DNA of 63,724 nucleotides, counting the filler, from Platydemus manokwari (Eukaryota), in NCBI GenBank assembly GCA_037951405.1. It is 5 parts of 5 records of this genome, joined end to end, with 100 filler letters (N's around TTAATTAATTAA, not from the genome) between each part and the next. Parts side by side here need not be neighbours in the genome. Positions count along the whole stretch, not along the records: positions 1 to 15,507 come from JBBMOY011281428.1; positions 15,608 to 24,537 come from JBBMOY011327761.1; 3 more parts are not named here. The stretch is one strand, 5' to 3'. The position numbers and the translations under genes were made by a program. Positions 1 to 21,445 of the stretch are shown here, piece by piece (the first letter of the stretch is position 1; every line of letters begins with the position of its first letter). The notes beneath the pieces are model-generated. The model did not search any database, was not told the origin of the DNA, and saw only the letters and a list, made by a program, of their open reading frames with translations.

Positions 1-3000
1 TTTTTCAACTCGTGAGGCCAATTAATTATGTCATCTTAACACTACCAAGATGCTCTGTTTTTAATGCTGCAATTACTTTTTAAATCATACCTACGTATTC
101 GGAGCCAGAGTCGATCGATTAAAATTATCTGAAATCAGACTGATCTCAGTTTTTAGTTTAAACCCAAAAAAATTCACATTATTCGCATAATTATATTTCG
201 AAAAAAATTTGCTTGGATAGAAATTAAATCCTAGGTGATCTCCGTCGGGAAATGATTTTAAACGATACTAATAATTAATTGATAACATTGTCCTTTCACA
301 CAAACTCAAATTTTGATTTATTACTATTCTTTATCGTACTTTAAAATTAAAAATGATGTTTTAATTCATGAGAAATATTTATCAAAAATTTATGATCAAA
401 CAAATGCTGTGAATTATGAGTAATGAATGATAATGAAACTTACTAACAACAGTTGTTTACCTCATTATTATTCTCATTAACCAACACTGTTCGATGGGAG
501 ATTTTATAAATAAAATTGATATTAATCCTCTACATTTCATTCATTTTTAAAATTACTGAAAAACAACATCAGATCTTTAATTTCAATAATGGTTTGATAA
601 AATTTGTTTGAAACTCGTTGATTCCACAAAACAACCGATGATCGAAGTCTTCAAGATTTTTTATTAGCCTTCCATAGATTTACTAGTTTGATCTTATCGA
701 AAAATTAACAAAATTGAAAATCATTGCAGATAACTTTATCGACAATATTCTTGTTTTGTTTGTTCAACAAAGAAAAGTATAATTATTTTGATTAAAGAAA
801 TTTATAGTTGTATGTATAGTTTGCAATAACTTGTTTTGATTTTCCGTGGATACAATGAATGTTCGTTGAAAAAATTCTGCTTTTCAATTACAGAAATTAT
901 TGTGTGTATGTGGTTATATTACCTTAATCGTTTCGTTGCTACTAGTGCTTATCAATATTTGCAGTATAATTGCTATGAGCATCTATATGGGCTTATTTAT
1001 TTGTAATATTTTTAACTGGTATAAACATTTACAAGTATTATCGGAATGTACTTATTCCAATTTGTGTTAAAATTTCACCAATCAAGTTTATCAGACATTC
1101 GAATGTAAGATTTCAACGACGAAGGTTTGGAAACATTTATTAAAAGATTTGAAATTTAGTTCAAAATGTAAAATGACTTTTTTGTGAAACAAAATGTGGT
1201 GCTGTTAATGTAAATCATGGCTTATTTATTTATATTATTGATTGTAAATTGTTGATATCGTTGATTTTATTAAACTTTTTTTCATTTAATAATTTTCGTC
1301 GATATATATATTCATGCTTCAGTATTTATTCAGCTTACATAAATCGAACCAATGAATTTTGGTTTTGATGTGCACTAAAAATATTTCTCCCAGTCACCAA
1401 TTGCTTACAAATTTTTAATTAATATGTACTTTTAAATCGACACCGTCATTGCTTGATTGATGAGACGAAATGGAAAAGCTGAAGTCATGCAACTATTTTC
1501 GATATGATTTGAATTTCAATCTCAAATTTTCTTCTAGTAATCAAAGCCGTTTTTTTTATAATCGTTAATTTTCATAAGTTTCGACGATAATTTTTTGGTC
1601 CATTAAGATATCTAAGTTTCTCGTTGTAAATTTGCGCCGGTTGATATTCGACTGTATTGATTGGTTTTCATGTTGAAATCGATATGGTTTTGGTTTGGAG
1701 TGAAAAAATGTTTGAATGAGAATTCTGTTGGTATAGTGTTTGAAAGAGCTGTAATTCTCCAAAAACAAATTGTGAATATAAATCGATGATAATGAAATAT
1801 ATCATTGATTATTTGATAAACTCTCTTTCTATTGAGACAATTGTGATTTATTAAATTATCTTTTAAAAAACATGTTAAATTAATTACGCAGTGGCTTTAA
1901 TTTAAATTAGAAAGTTTTAATTTGAATTTTTCAATTTTAATTCTAATATTCTGTCTACGGATTTGATCGGGATAGATTTTACTTGATTCACAACCAATTG
2001 ATTATAATTGATCTTATTCCTGGAATCAGATGATGAAACGGTTTGTTTTTGTATTCATGTACTTCGTGATTTTCTGTTTTGTCTTAATTCGAATATAATG
2101 TAAACATGATTTTTTCTAATAAATATACCAGTTTATCACATTGGGATTCTTAAACATCATTTATTTATAATCTCCAATTATTGGAAAATTTCCTTTTCAT
2201 AATAAAAATTAATTCATTTCTAGAATAAAGGAATTATCATATGATTTCGTTATAATGGCCATGCTCAGTAAATGAGAATATTTAAAAGAGATTGATTGAT
2301 TTTGAAAGTATCGAAATATATAACGATAATCATCGATAAACTTAAGCAATAAATATCAAATAATCGATATTTAGATAATATTTATATTTCTCTGATTTGA
2401 TCAACAATTTTTGATATCAAATTTCTAATATGTGTTGTTGAGAGAGATTTACTTTAAAATTTCGAAAATGATTTTTTTTAGAGGATTGAGAGATAAGTTT
2501 TATAAATTCTGAAATATTTTTTTAACGGTTTTATGAGATTATTTATTCGGTGAATTTCAGAAATATATATGAGACAAATAATAATATTTTGAAATATATA
2601 ATGTCTCCAAAAATCATCTGATTATTTGCAGATAAATAATATATCGTTCCATTTCTATATATATTTTTAAAGGGCAGTTTGATAAAAATAGTTTTGAACT
2701 TGTATTAAAACAAATATAATTGTAAATTTGTGTTGAAATTAAATGTCGAAAAGTCAGTTTATGGTCATGTTTAAAGTGATCATCCACCCTGTGCGTCAGG
2801 ATATTTTCCTGAATATTTGAAAAATTTCATTTTACTCTTGGCCACAATTCAAATTATATAAAAATTGATACGTACACATATGAGTCATCCCATTCATTAA
2901 TTTTATTCGTTTTCATTCATCTTTGCCATTGAATCAGCTTCAAACGTTACATACAAACAACATTTTGACTTTAGATAGACATTCACTGACTAACGACATT

Positions 3001-6000
3001 TTCTCTTGTAAGTTTATCAGTGTGTGTATTTACGATTGATGATTCATAAGAGGAATATTAATCGCCGCTGGATATTATGCCACATCTGTAGTGAAATAAA
3101 AGAATTTTTATGAAGTACAATATTTTGATCAGAATAATCAGTTTTCTTCAATCCCAATGATTAGTTCGGTAAACTATAATGCTTGATACTATCCGAAGAA
3201 ATTTATTCGAAATATTAAATTAATTTTTTTTCTTATAATTATTGAGAAGCGAGAAAAACGTAAAGCTCTTTTCTTTTCCGACACTTCTTAAGATTTAATT
3301 TTGGTATATTTTATAAGTCGGCTTTTTTCTAAGCGAAATTTACAACGGAATTACACGATAAGTGATTTTAATTTCGATGATCATTTGAGAATGGCCTCTG
3401 AGCATAGTGAAATACAGATTTGGATAAGCAATATAAATAATTTTTTTAAATAATTATGACTATAAATGAATATTTTTATTGTTGTAATTAATCATGAAAA
3501 GAAGATTTCAGGTTTCGGAAACCAAACCATTTTTTTTAAACTAAAATTACAATTGCTAAATGATATTAAATAATATATAAAAATATACTTGCATTTTACT
3601 CTAGATAAATATAATTTGGGAATGGGAGACTTGTCTCATTACTTTATTATTTTAATTTTATAATAAACTATGCTTCATCTAGTGACATTCCAGATTTGTC
3701 ATAATGAACATGCCAAATTATAATAGCGGGATCACTTATTTTTGATTTTTACAACGACATTTATGTTAATATTAATGGTAGTGATCAGGATAAAATTAGG
3801 TGTTTGAACTCAATAAAAAACAATTTTTTAATAACTCATATCTAAAATATTTATATAAATCAAATATTATTGAGTTCATTTTAGCGAAAGTAAGTTTCTA
3901 ATGGAAAATAATCGTATTTGTTTTAATTTACTTTAAATAAACTTTAAGGCATGCAATTTAATTTTTCATATAAATTTATAATTATCATATAATATTGATA
4001 CTTAATAAATCCATATCTATATTACAATTTTAATGATATTTCAATAAATTCAATCGGTTATCGTATTACAAGTTTGATAATTGGTTTAACCAACACCATA
4101 AATTATCAAAATTTAATTTTAATTTATCTTTTCAGTCTTATAATTTTTGCAGCTACGGCTTACTGGTCTTGATTAATAAGTTTTCAATTCAATTTAATTG
4201 TTATAATAGTTGGTTCTAAAATTATAATAAGAATTTTCAAACTTCTAAGAAATTTTGAAGTTTGTTGGAAATCTGACTTATAAAACTTCACAAGATAATT
4301 TGAGCAATTAATGGGTAACAATTAATAAAACACATGTTAAATTTTAAAATAAAGTTTTAAATTTTTAATATTTCTCTAATATTGATTATTTCATTAAAAA
4401 TCCATTTCTCTTAATATCGAAAATAGTTTTATATCAGTAATTAATTAATATGTATTGAGAATATTTATTTTCCCAATATGATTTTCTGTTGAGAGTTTGA
4501 TTTATGTTATGATATATTCGTTTGATATCGAATATCATTTGGAAATTAAATCAATTAATGAAGTCCATCAGAAGGATATTGTATAAAAATAATTCTTTTC
4601 ACAATGATTTCAATATGTTCAATAACATATCGGAAAATCGCTCAAGTTCCATAAATAAATTCGTTGATATTTTGAGTGGATTTCGATAAATCATATTAAT
4701 GGATATATATATTTACCTGTGTCATTGTTATGATATTAGCTACTAAATATTCCAGCAAGAAAATTCATTGATTTATTGTAACAAAATCGAGTGATATATC
4801 TTTTAGCTTGTAATCGACTTAAGATCTCTCAAGGAAATCGTTTGTCTGACAAAAACATAGGAATCCGAAGAATGATATCGTTTGTTGCCGATTATCATCT
4901 TTCTACATTATTAATATGAAGGAAATTAGAATGCTTATTATGGATGTTTTGTAATATTAATTATATAGTATCATTTTTCGATTAAATACACATATTAGTG
5001 TTTTGTTGTGCCTTATGGCTGTTTAATCTTTCCTTTTATGATCTGTGTTTCTAAGCAAAATTATTAAACAAAATTGTATTTATCGTCTTTATTTGAGTTG
5101 TAAACAGTATAACCGGAAAAATTGAAAATCCAGTCTAATAGATTTGATTTTTTTTTCAATCTCAAATTGATAATGATTTGAAATTTGGTTTTAATTTGTA
5201 TGGGATTTTATAATGAGGTTCTGACGAATTGAATCGAATAAATTCCCCACCGTCTAATTGTAGGTTCCATGAAAAATCCTATTCAACTTTCCATGTCCAG
5301 TAATAAATACTTTTTTTGAAAGCAATATTTTGAAATTATTTTAAATGTTTTAAATTATTTGGATGATTGAATGGCGATATTTTATTAAATGTATAAACAT
5401 TAATTTATTGATTTATTATTAAGAGACAGTAATTTAATTTCACCTTATCTATTCCAGAAAACATGTTGACATTAATAGAGTTAAATTAAAAAAAAACTCA
5501 AATGATATACAAATCGATAAATACTAAATACAATCATTGAAGAGTCCTAGATTGACATATAAATTTGAACGATTCTGTTTGAAGGTAGAAAAGTCAAATT
5601 GAAATTGCTTTCATATATATCCATCCAATCAAATTTAACCAATCGAAATTAAAATCTTTTTTCGTGGTATTAAAATATTATTAATAAACGATATGATATA
5701 AAACAAAATAAATTACTGTTAATACATAGGAGATAATGAATATATTTTCGAATTAGTATGCCATTAACCGAATTTGTTATTATGCGAAACGGTACTGACC
5801 GAATTCGAGTGTATTTGTATAATATTAAAATAATGTTTTGGAATTTTCCGCATGAATAGATCTACGCCATAATTAAATGAAGCTCGTTTATTTAAATGCT
5901 TTTCATTATAAAGGACAGAAAACGTCTGTTAAGTTCAATTAAATATTTCGACGATAAACTATTAAACTGACTGAAATTTTATATTAATAAACATTCACAT

Positions 6001-6573
6001 CCATCGATGAATTTATGAATGTCCGACGGCATAAAATGTTAAATGGTATTGTAGAAAATTGTAGAGCTGCTTTTGGCCATCATCGGATCTATCTCACAGA
6101 ACCCAAATTGTGTAAACAACTCATTAAATTATTTATAAAATCAAAGGAATAAAAGTAAAAATCAATTTTTGGTTCCATTTTTTTTATTAATTAATTACCG
6201 TCTGTCACCTTTCAAATCATGTATTGACAAGGACGATATTAATTTCCAAGACAAGCATGCGTATTTGTTAATACTAAAACAACGAAGGAACATATTTTTA
6301 TTACGGAGAGGATCATTATGAATGTATTTATAACTCAGTGGAAAAAAAATACAATTTTTATGAATTTATAGCATTTCTCTCCAACACATCTGATTTATTA
6401 GTTACCAATAATCAGTAATTTTCTCTGCATAATATCTCCATAAATTCACGTTACCATAACACCAACTGAGCATAAATTTACACTTTTTACAAAAAATGGT
6501 TTTATTAGATAAGTTTTGAAATATTTGTCACCAAAAATCGCTGTTGAGATTTCTGTTTTGTTTTTACCATTAA

Positions 6574-13436
<6,863 letters not shown>

Positions 13437-14258
13437 GTAACTGGAAAATTTTATTAATATCACTCTTAACAGTGTTCCATCACTTAGAAATGAAGTTCAA
13501 TGTGTAAAGTAGATAAGAGACCACCTTGGATTATTAAAAAATATATATAGTATTTATTAACAAGAATTAGTTGTATAATTTTGTAGCCAAAATTTAATGC
13601 ACACATTGGAACTAATCTATTTACAAAATTAAACCCTCACAGTTTTTCCTTCAAATAGAGCGGCATTGAAGACAGAAATAGAAACAGAAGACTGCCCAGA
13701 AAAAATAATTTAAAAATACATAGATTATGCCAATAGTTTTATTGGCATTTATATACATATCAATGACCGATAAATTGATTTAGTTAATCAAAAATTTTTT
13801 ATTAAATATGCACCGATATGATTGTATATCAGCTAAATTGGCTTCTAAATTGGAATTGAAATATGCGGGTTTCTATCTTTATTTATATCCCATGATCCTA
13901 AATAAATATATATACACAATAGTTATGTTTTTTTTTACAATTTTTCGGTACTTTTTACAGAAGAATTAATTAAAAATTATTCTCAATTGTAGTCAATTAT
14001 TGAATTATTATTATTAATAATTATTATTTTATTATTATTACTGCTACTACTATTACTCTATTATAAATATTACCATGTTGCTTTTGATTTTATTTATATC
14101 GTCGATGTTATTATTTTTGTAAATAGTATTAATATAATAATAATAAAAAAATAAGAAATTTGAATTATTACTAATAAAATTGATATTATTTTTATTTATT
14201 AGCTCAAGGGTGAAATTTTTAGAAAAAAATTCAAAGTTTGTTGATAAATATTAGGAAT

Positions 14259-14963
14259 TATTTTATTCATTAAAATATGCATACACACATTCTCTACAGA
14301 CTTTTGTCATTTAAACTGTACGTTGTTCAGGCTGGTGGTTTGAAACCCTGGTGGAAGAGTGTCAATGAATTTCTGGAATACAGGTTTATGTTATTTTCGG
14401 AATTAAATTGTTTCGTGAATAAAAAGTTGTCCAAGTTGTGGAAGAGGTGGTAGTTGGTGGGGCTTCGACGTTGAGTATGGAAAATGATTAAGAGGCTCTA
14501 ACTTCATTCATTTGTACGGTATGTAGTCTAGCGTTATCATTAATACAGATAGGAGTCGACCTGTTGAGCAATCTAAGCGGTTTTTCTTTAAGTTTTGTAA
14601 AATTTCGTCAAGTTGCTTAAAGTGTATATATGTGGTGATCGATAAGCTATGTTTTATGAAATCAAACATGTAGAACTCACTTTTTTTACTTAATCAATTT
14701 GGATCAAATGAGTTTGTTTGTTAGTTAACAGCAAACTTCAACGATAATTCACAGTCATTCTGAGAAGATTTATCGATAGCCTTTAGTTTGTCATCATTAA
14801 CCTTTGACCTTGAGTTCATTGTGAGGTCAAAGTTTCCTTTTTGAAATTTGGTAAATAAATTTGATACTGTTTGTTGCATAGTAATGCTTCAAATGGTATA
14901 TGATACCGTAGTTACGAGTAAGAACTCATACTTCATACCACCAAGTATTTCCGCTCGTTCCAT
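14259..14963 (-). mobile_element. degenerate mariner transposase (internally deleted, frameshifted)
   Basis: Minus-strand fragments MERAEILGGMKYEF, KFQKGNFDLT..KVNDDKLKAI, LLNRSTPICINDNARLHTVQ, HFPYS..SPTNYHLFHNLDNFL match the mariner HDNARPH and YSPDLAPxDY regions. Confidence 0.8.
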
Positions 14964-15507
14964 TTTCAACTAAATTATTTTTTTGAAAAAAGTTTTTAAT
15001 ATTCTTTGAGCTTACGATGATTAATAAAAAACAGGCGGGTTGTGTAACTTGCATACAAAGACTGAAAACAGTAAATTATTAAACCGATGTCAAATAAAGT
15101 ATTAAAGTTGACAATATTAACTCCAAATTTCATTCTTGACAATCTATTGAGGTTTTTTTCTCAGTAATTTTAATAAAATACTAATAATAATTTAATTATT
15201 AATTTAAATATCACTATTTTTATTGCTATTATTATAATATTATTATTATAACTTTGTAAGAATATTTCTGGGCTTTAACTGATTAGTGATAATTCAGCAC
15301 TATTGTGTTATCATGGAATAAAATTTAGCGATATTTAAACATTATCAAATTAAAGCTGGAGCTGACAAATTGAACTACTCAGGGTTACCTTTTATAATTG
15401 CCAAAATTTCCATTGCTGAACATTTATTACTCATTGTTATTTTTCTGTTTCTGTTTATTGTTGTATGTAATTGATTTATAATGTATTTTCATTATTAAAT
15501 AAAGGAT

Positions 15508-15607
15508 NNNNNNNNNNNNNNNNNNNNNNNNNNNNNNNNNNNNNNNNNNNNTTAATTAATTAANNNNNNNNNNNNNNNNNNNNNNNNNNNNNNNNNNNNN
15601 NNNNNNN
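15508..15607. other. artificial contig-joining linker
   Basis: 44 N + TTAATTAATTAA (stops in all six frames) + 44 N, 100 nt. Confidence 0.95.
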
Positions 15608-16709
15608 TTTTCTTTAATAAACACTCAATTGTTCTAAAAAAATTCCGGTTTTTAAGTTATAGACCCAATAATAATAATAATAATTTTTATTTTTATAATA
15701 TAATTATTGACTTCCTTCAAAACAATTACAAACTCTGTGAAAAATATGACAATAGTTATCTTCATTACCTTTAGAATTGGGATTTAACGTTAAATCTTCC
15801 GAGAAAGACATTTCATTCGTTGAAAATATTATCCCGCTTTTATTTTCTTTGAATTCTTCAAAAACATGACGAATTAAAAAATTGTTTAGTTTCTAAAAAT
15901 CAGGTCAAATAAATAAAATATTTCCTTCGAAAATATAATTTTAAGTGATATGCTTATCAATTTATTATATCGATTTATTGATATTATTATTATATAAATT
16001 TAATCGATTTTTCAATAATTTAACGAAAGAATGATTTATCAAGTTAAAGGTGACAATATTAAATGATAAACTATAATTATACTTCGCTGCAGTACGTTAT
16101 AGTCACATGTATTAATTTGAGGTCCATCGGTTGAGTTAAGTAACACGTATTTTCCATAATTAAGATAGATTAATTTAAATCTTAGAAAAACACAATTTTA
16201 AGATAAAACGATATTTTGTTGTGGCTTCTGTGATCTCACGTCAAAATTGTGAAATTTTAGCAAGCAGATTTTCCATGGACCGCATTGTTCTAATAAATAT
16301 ACCAGCACAAGTTAAGAAGACAAGAAATATTAATTTTCTCTTGTATGATAAAATTAAAATGTTTTTGACTTCACCGTTTATGGGTTAGTTTGATAAATAA
16401 AAATAAGAATCTATTCCAATGCAGTACTCATTTGTGATGCATATCCGTTACGTTGGAAAGTATAGCTCCGTATTTTGCGAATGTCTGAAAGTTGTGACTT
16501 TATAGTAAGTTTTGTTTTGAAATATTGGTGATTTAAATCTAAATTTCGATAATTACTCGTAATTATTTTACAGCATACAGTTGACTCAATAAGATGTTAA
16601 ATCAATACTTTATGACGTCAATAATTGTAGCAGTTTCAATCAACAGATGTCGACTAACATTGGTTATAAATCATTGTCATATATTTTATTAAATGTTATA
16701 ACATAATAA

Positions 16710-16982
16710 TGCTGGGATTTTAAAATCGATTTATATTTAAATGATAATATTAAATAGCAAATATATTGATTTAAAAATATTATTGATCAATTTAATTGAT
16801 TTTAATATTTTATTTAAATATTAAAAAACATTTGAAGAAAGGCTGATGTGAAGATTTTAAAATCAATCAATATTTAAACGATCGATTTAATTTGTTTGAA
16901 TATTTGAATTAAATATACTTTGTGGGTTGAAGTCGATAGATTCATTTTCAATTTATATCTTATGAAATATCAGCACGTAACG
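16710..16982 (+). mobile_element. internally deleted copy of the TRIM-like family (partial LTR, purine tract, LTR 16847-16982)
   Basis: 16847-16982 aligns to LTRs at 43669, 44105 and the solo LTR at 12191; preceded by gaagaaaggctga and a partial LTR from 16710; flanks aataa / aatat. Confidence 0.5.
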
Positions 16983-18480
16983 AATATCAAGGAGGACGGT
17001 TAGCTATTTTAATTGTGGCAGTTCTTCGTTTTCAAGATTGATTTCTTAACCATGTATTTCGAATTAGCAATTTTCGATTGCATTCGAATGTTATAAATGA
17101 TGTAAATATTGATAATCTGTCAGTTCGATAGCGTTCAGAAATCTCATATCTCTTCCGATCCTTAATTAATGGAAATGTTATATGAGAAGTATTAGGTTAC
17201 ATCTTATATCATTTGGAACCACTATTTAGTCTTGTAATTATTTTAATCTAAACATTTTATTTCCAATCTCTATTTTTGGTTCCACGTTAAAACCATTAAT
17301 CTTTATTGCCATTTTTCACGGGATGTTTTCAGTTTATTTCAATATTAAATAACCTTTATAGATTCGACCCAAATTATCTATTCAATCATTATTGGCTGTC
17401 AACAAGATCCCAATAAAATATAAATATCATATCACTACCGAACTTTGTTTATATCTATTCGGTATTGAATGGATTCTAGTACAATTGTTATGTTTATATT
17501 TGTCAGATAGATTTTCCTTACTTCGGTTTCAATCAACATATTATCAATGCTTATATTGATTGACTAAAATGTCGCTGTTCTTGATTTTTAGAATTTAAAA
17601 AGCGATGACGTATTATACATCATTTATTTAAGCGAATGATAATGGTTTTGAAACCAAAATGCAGTTGCAATAGGCGCCTGTGAACGAGTGATTAACTTTA
17701 TCGATTTAAAGCGAAGTGAATTCGAGGTCCTGTTGGAATCTGCAATGTTGATTGGTTTTTGAAATCGTTTTATCGGTACTGCTACCTATTGGAAGTTGTA
17801 AAAATCAGTGTAGTTGATTGGTAGAATGATAGAAAATTTCATTTTCGATTTGGATTAAGTTTCATTTTAATGGGTTATTATGCTGCAAATTTTATCATAA
17901 AATTTCATTATATTTGATTGTTAAATTAGTTTTGATCGATTAGCTTAGGTAATGATTTTTTTAAAAATAATAATGATTTAATTAAATCTATAATTTCAAT
18001 GTAATACATTATTTCAAAATACCAAGTAAAGTAGATCATAAACTTGAAGAAAATTGATAATAATGACCCCTCTCTTCACTTTCAATCCACTTTTCTAAAA
18101 TTTACTTTTATTTAAATCGAAATTCATGATTTATCGGGCTAATGATTACATAAGAAGTGGTAAAAGTTATTTTATTAATATTGAAAGTTGCTTAAGTTCA
18201 AAACATTATTTTGTAAACAATCTTCATTATTGCAGTTGGATTAGTAAATTAAAAAAACTTTAAACTGTCATATTGTCGGTTACCAATATTTGTTTATTCA
18301 TTAAAATGCAGGCCGTTAAATATCCAAATGCTAAGATAAATAAATACATAAGCTCTTTTCAAAAATAAACAGCTTATATTTATTTGATAAAATCTATTAC
18401 GTTCTAAGATATTGATTCGATTATTTACATTGAAGTCTTTTCCATCGTTTAATGTGGGAGGGTTTATTTTTATGTTTCAG

Positions 18481-19127
18481 AGCAGACAACAGTTAACCTG
18501 CTGGTAGTAAGTGGTGAACAAATTCCTGACTCTAGCATTTCTCATATCCCAACAAGAAATAATTCGACGTCTCCAAGTATCAGTGTCAAGAATTCGTCCA
18601 ATGAAATTCACAAACCTCCCTTTCAAAAGAACAAACCAGCTACCAGACCGTCACCTGCCTCAAATATATCAAGTCCTAGAGAAAGTGTAATATATTTGAA
18701 TTCTTTTCCTTCTTAATCATTTCTGTTATATAAATAAATAAATTTTCCAAATCAAATAATTCATTTTTAGTTAAATCCATCAATTCTATCGCCAACCAAC
18801 TTGTCTGACCAAAGTGCTCGAAAATCAACAGCGTCAGATTCATCGTCGGAATGTTCGATTAGTACATCAAGTGCCGAACACGATATGAATACCAACAACA
18901 TCCACAAAAATGAACCCATTGCTGTCAAACCAACATCCTATGAATTCCATTCACTTCCAAAGAAGATAAAACCTAATAAACCACAAATAGCTACAAAACC
19001 AACATTTTCAGATATGAATTTAATTCCCAATAAAGCCACAGTCGATCAAATCAATCGAAATAAGGTTGGTAGTCCACTGCTGGAAAAGGATATGCCTACC
19101 AAATCGCACTCATACAATGCTCCATCG
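18481..19127 (+). CDS. two internal exons (18481-18686, 18771-19127) of an unidentified Ser/Pro-rich protein, possibly following a PDZ domain
   Basis: Acceptors tttcag and tttttag, donors gtaata and gtaaat, open in-frame join QTTVNLLVVSGEQIP...SPRES/LNPSILSPTNLSDQ...NAPS; TVNLLVV resembles the last strand of PDZ domains (inference). Confidence 0.7.
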
Positions 19128-19189
19128 GTAAATATATTCGATTAGGGAAACTTTTATATTTATTGGTTATTATTTTCAGAATCAATGTA

Positions 19190-19755
19190 TAGGATTTGAA
19201 TGAAAGCCTTGTCCAATAGAAATTAATAGAAAATAATAGATAATATAATAGAGACAATATGTAAATTGAGAATTATAAACAAAACATCAATCGTCTATAA
19301 ATCTTAAAAATTTTGTGTGGAAACAATTTTGAAAAGATCCATTTCCGTCACGATAACGCTCGACCGCATACGGCACGTTTAACTCAAAATAAGCTTACTG
19401 AGATCGATTAATGGCAATACCACATCCAACATACTCTCCAGACCTTGTCCCATCAGAGTATTACCTTTTATCTCCTATAAAAAACTCACATTGTGAGAAA
19501 ACGTATAACTCCGCTGAAGAGGTTAACGATGATTTGGAAAAGTGGTTCGTTTCAAATCCTGAGGAATTCTATGAAAACAGTATAAAACAACATCCAGAAC
19601 GCTGGCAAAAGTGTGTGGACCTTAAAGATGATTATTTTCAACATTTCAGATTTATACACGAATGATGTTTTGTTTATATTTCTCAATTTACATATTTTCT
19701 TTATTGGTTAAATAAATATCATTTTCTATCGGACAAGACTTTCGTTCCAATCCTA
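19190..19755 (+). mobile_element. internally deleted mariner element with TIRs and TA duplication
   Basis: ~32-bp imperfect TIRs (taggatttgaatgaaagccttgtccaatagaaa / tttctatcggacaagactttcgttccaatccta), TA both sides, HDNARPH then HPTYSPDLVPSEY...ERWQKCV. Confidence 0.9.
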
Positions 19756-20214
19756 TATGAATTGATTTATAGTATTTCATTATCAGTAATAAATACAATC
19801 AATATCGGAAGAACAAAAACACTTTATAAATTCATGAGATGAATTTCAGATTTCGACATTTGTTGCATGTGCTTACCGATGTGCATTTTCAGCTGTATTT
19901 CTATGACGGCATATTCATGGACTTTTTAATTTATATATCAATAAATATAATCTATGTCGGATCAATAAACTAGCATTTGTTTCATACAAAATTAGTAGAT
20001 TTGAAAAATAATTTCAAATCTTATCGCCATATCGAATTTAAAGATCACGTTTTTGGGAAAATGCTGAAAGAACTTCACATGTTCCTTCGTATGAATTGAT
20101 TATCAACAGAACACAAGGAGGTAGAATTTAAATGAAGGACTTTAATGTCACGTTAGATTTGTTTTAATCTATTCCATATTGTTGTGGAGAAATTACAGAT
20201 TGTATAATTCTGGA

Positions 20215-20380
20215 TGCAAGCCGCTACTATTTAAAAGAACGCATCGAAAACGAACTGTAAAAGACTCGACATTCAATTCTACTTAAAGACATTTATTTAA
20301 ACAAAATAAATAAAATTTAATATCAAATTAAATTCAATATAAATTCAAATTCAATATAAATTCAATTTGATATCCTCACA
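20215..20380 (-). mobile_element. solo LTR of the TRIM-like family
   Basis: TG...CA ends, perfect 5-bp TSD CTGGA (20210-20214, 20381-20385); reverse complement aligns to LTR 37201-37339. Confidence 0.8.
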
Positions 20381-20780
20381 CTGGACACATGATGTTGTTT
20401 GCGATGAGATAATAAGTGATGATCGGTTTAAGTTGTGCATATCATTCCATAGGTTGTTTGGCATTTTTTTGACATTAATCAACACGTTTACCATTAATTT
20501 TGTTTTAATTAGACGTTACAAAGATCCTTTAACATAAGCACAAACACATTTGTTGGTATTTCCATCAATATCAGGCCCATTGATCATCTGCGATGAAAAC
20601 ACGGGCTAATAGGATTAACAGTAGCCCGACGTTTAATTCTCTCATACCAGAATTGATAATTAATTTATTCGGTATTATTGATTGAGATCAAAAGAACGAA
20701 CACAGTAATATTATAAAATGGCAGAAATAGGTTATTAACATTTACAGAAATTTATTCCATTAATAAATAATTCTTTAAAT

Positions 20781-21080
20781 CAGTGGTCTTCACACCTTTT
20801 GTGTTGCGACCCACTTTACGAATCCAAATTTTTTCGCGATCTCAAGGGACTAAAATAAAAATCATAAAGTAGTTTTTTAACACCAAAAATTAATATATAT
20901 TTAATAATAACAACGATCTTGAATATTCTGGCATAAAACATCAAATCTCGGCTCTATTTCGGTGATAACTGGTCTCAGTGGAAATTCTAGATCTTTAAAA
21001 TTTTATCGATATTTTGTCTTAATATAAGTCAGTGTTGAAAATATAATTTCTAGTGACCCATCCCATTTTGAAAAACAATG
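20781..21080 (-). mobile_element. non-autonomous hAT (Buster/Charlie-type) element
   Basis: Termini cagtggtcttcac / tgaaaaacaatg; internal minus-strand EIIFSTLTYIKTKYR..DLEFPLRPVITEIEPRFDVLCQ matches the hAT C-terminal dimerisation region; 8-bp flanks ctttaaat / atttaaaa with central TA. Confidence 0.8.
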
Positions 21081-21445
21081 ATTTAAAAAATAAACGAATT
21101 GGAGTGATCAAGTGAGTATATTGGTTTGTCATGATTTGATTTCATTATGAGATTGGCTGGAATTATTATCATTTAATCATGGACTACAAGAATAATGAGT
21201 GGAAAATTTGGAATAAAATTACGTTCAATGGATTTTCAAACAACAAATTAGGTACTTTTAAAAAATATTCTTTGTTGTCGATTCATTTCTTTCAAAGATA
21301 ACACTGTAATAAAAGTCTAATTAAACTTATTAAATTCATGGGTGATTAAAACAAGAAATTATATGGAAAATTTTACATTAAACTATAAATAATTAAGCTA
21401 TAGATACATAGTATTTTATTTCATTTTTTCCTTATTTTTATTACT

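Noticed and set aside
894-1070. Hydrophobic open frame after a cag acceptor, and ORF 1565-1768
   Set aside because: No partner exon or motif; such frames arise by chance in T-rich DNA.
15552-15563. TTAATTAATTAA repeated at ~10 kb spacing as a biological repeat or piggyBac target
   Set aside because: Always centred in exactly 88 N; synthetic linker.
16100-16680. Possible Penelope-like remnant on the minus strand (FQRNGY, CAGIFIRTMRS)
   Set aside because: Only two weak fragments; too degenerate to call.
19411-19665. Mariner with D-to-E change at the third catalytic residue as a new catalytic class
   Set aside because: The copy is deleted and frameshifted; a single neutral substitution explains it.
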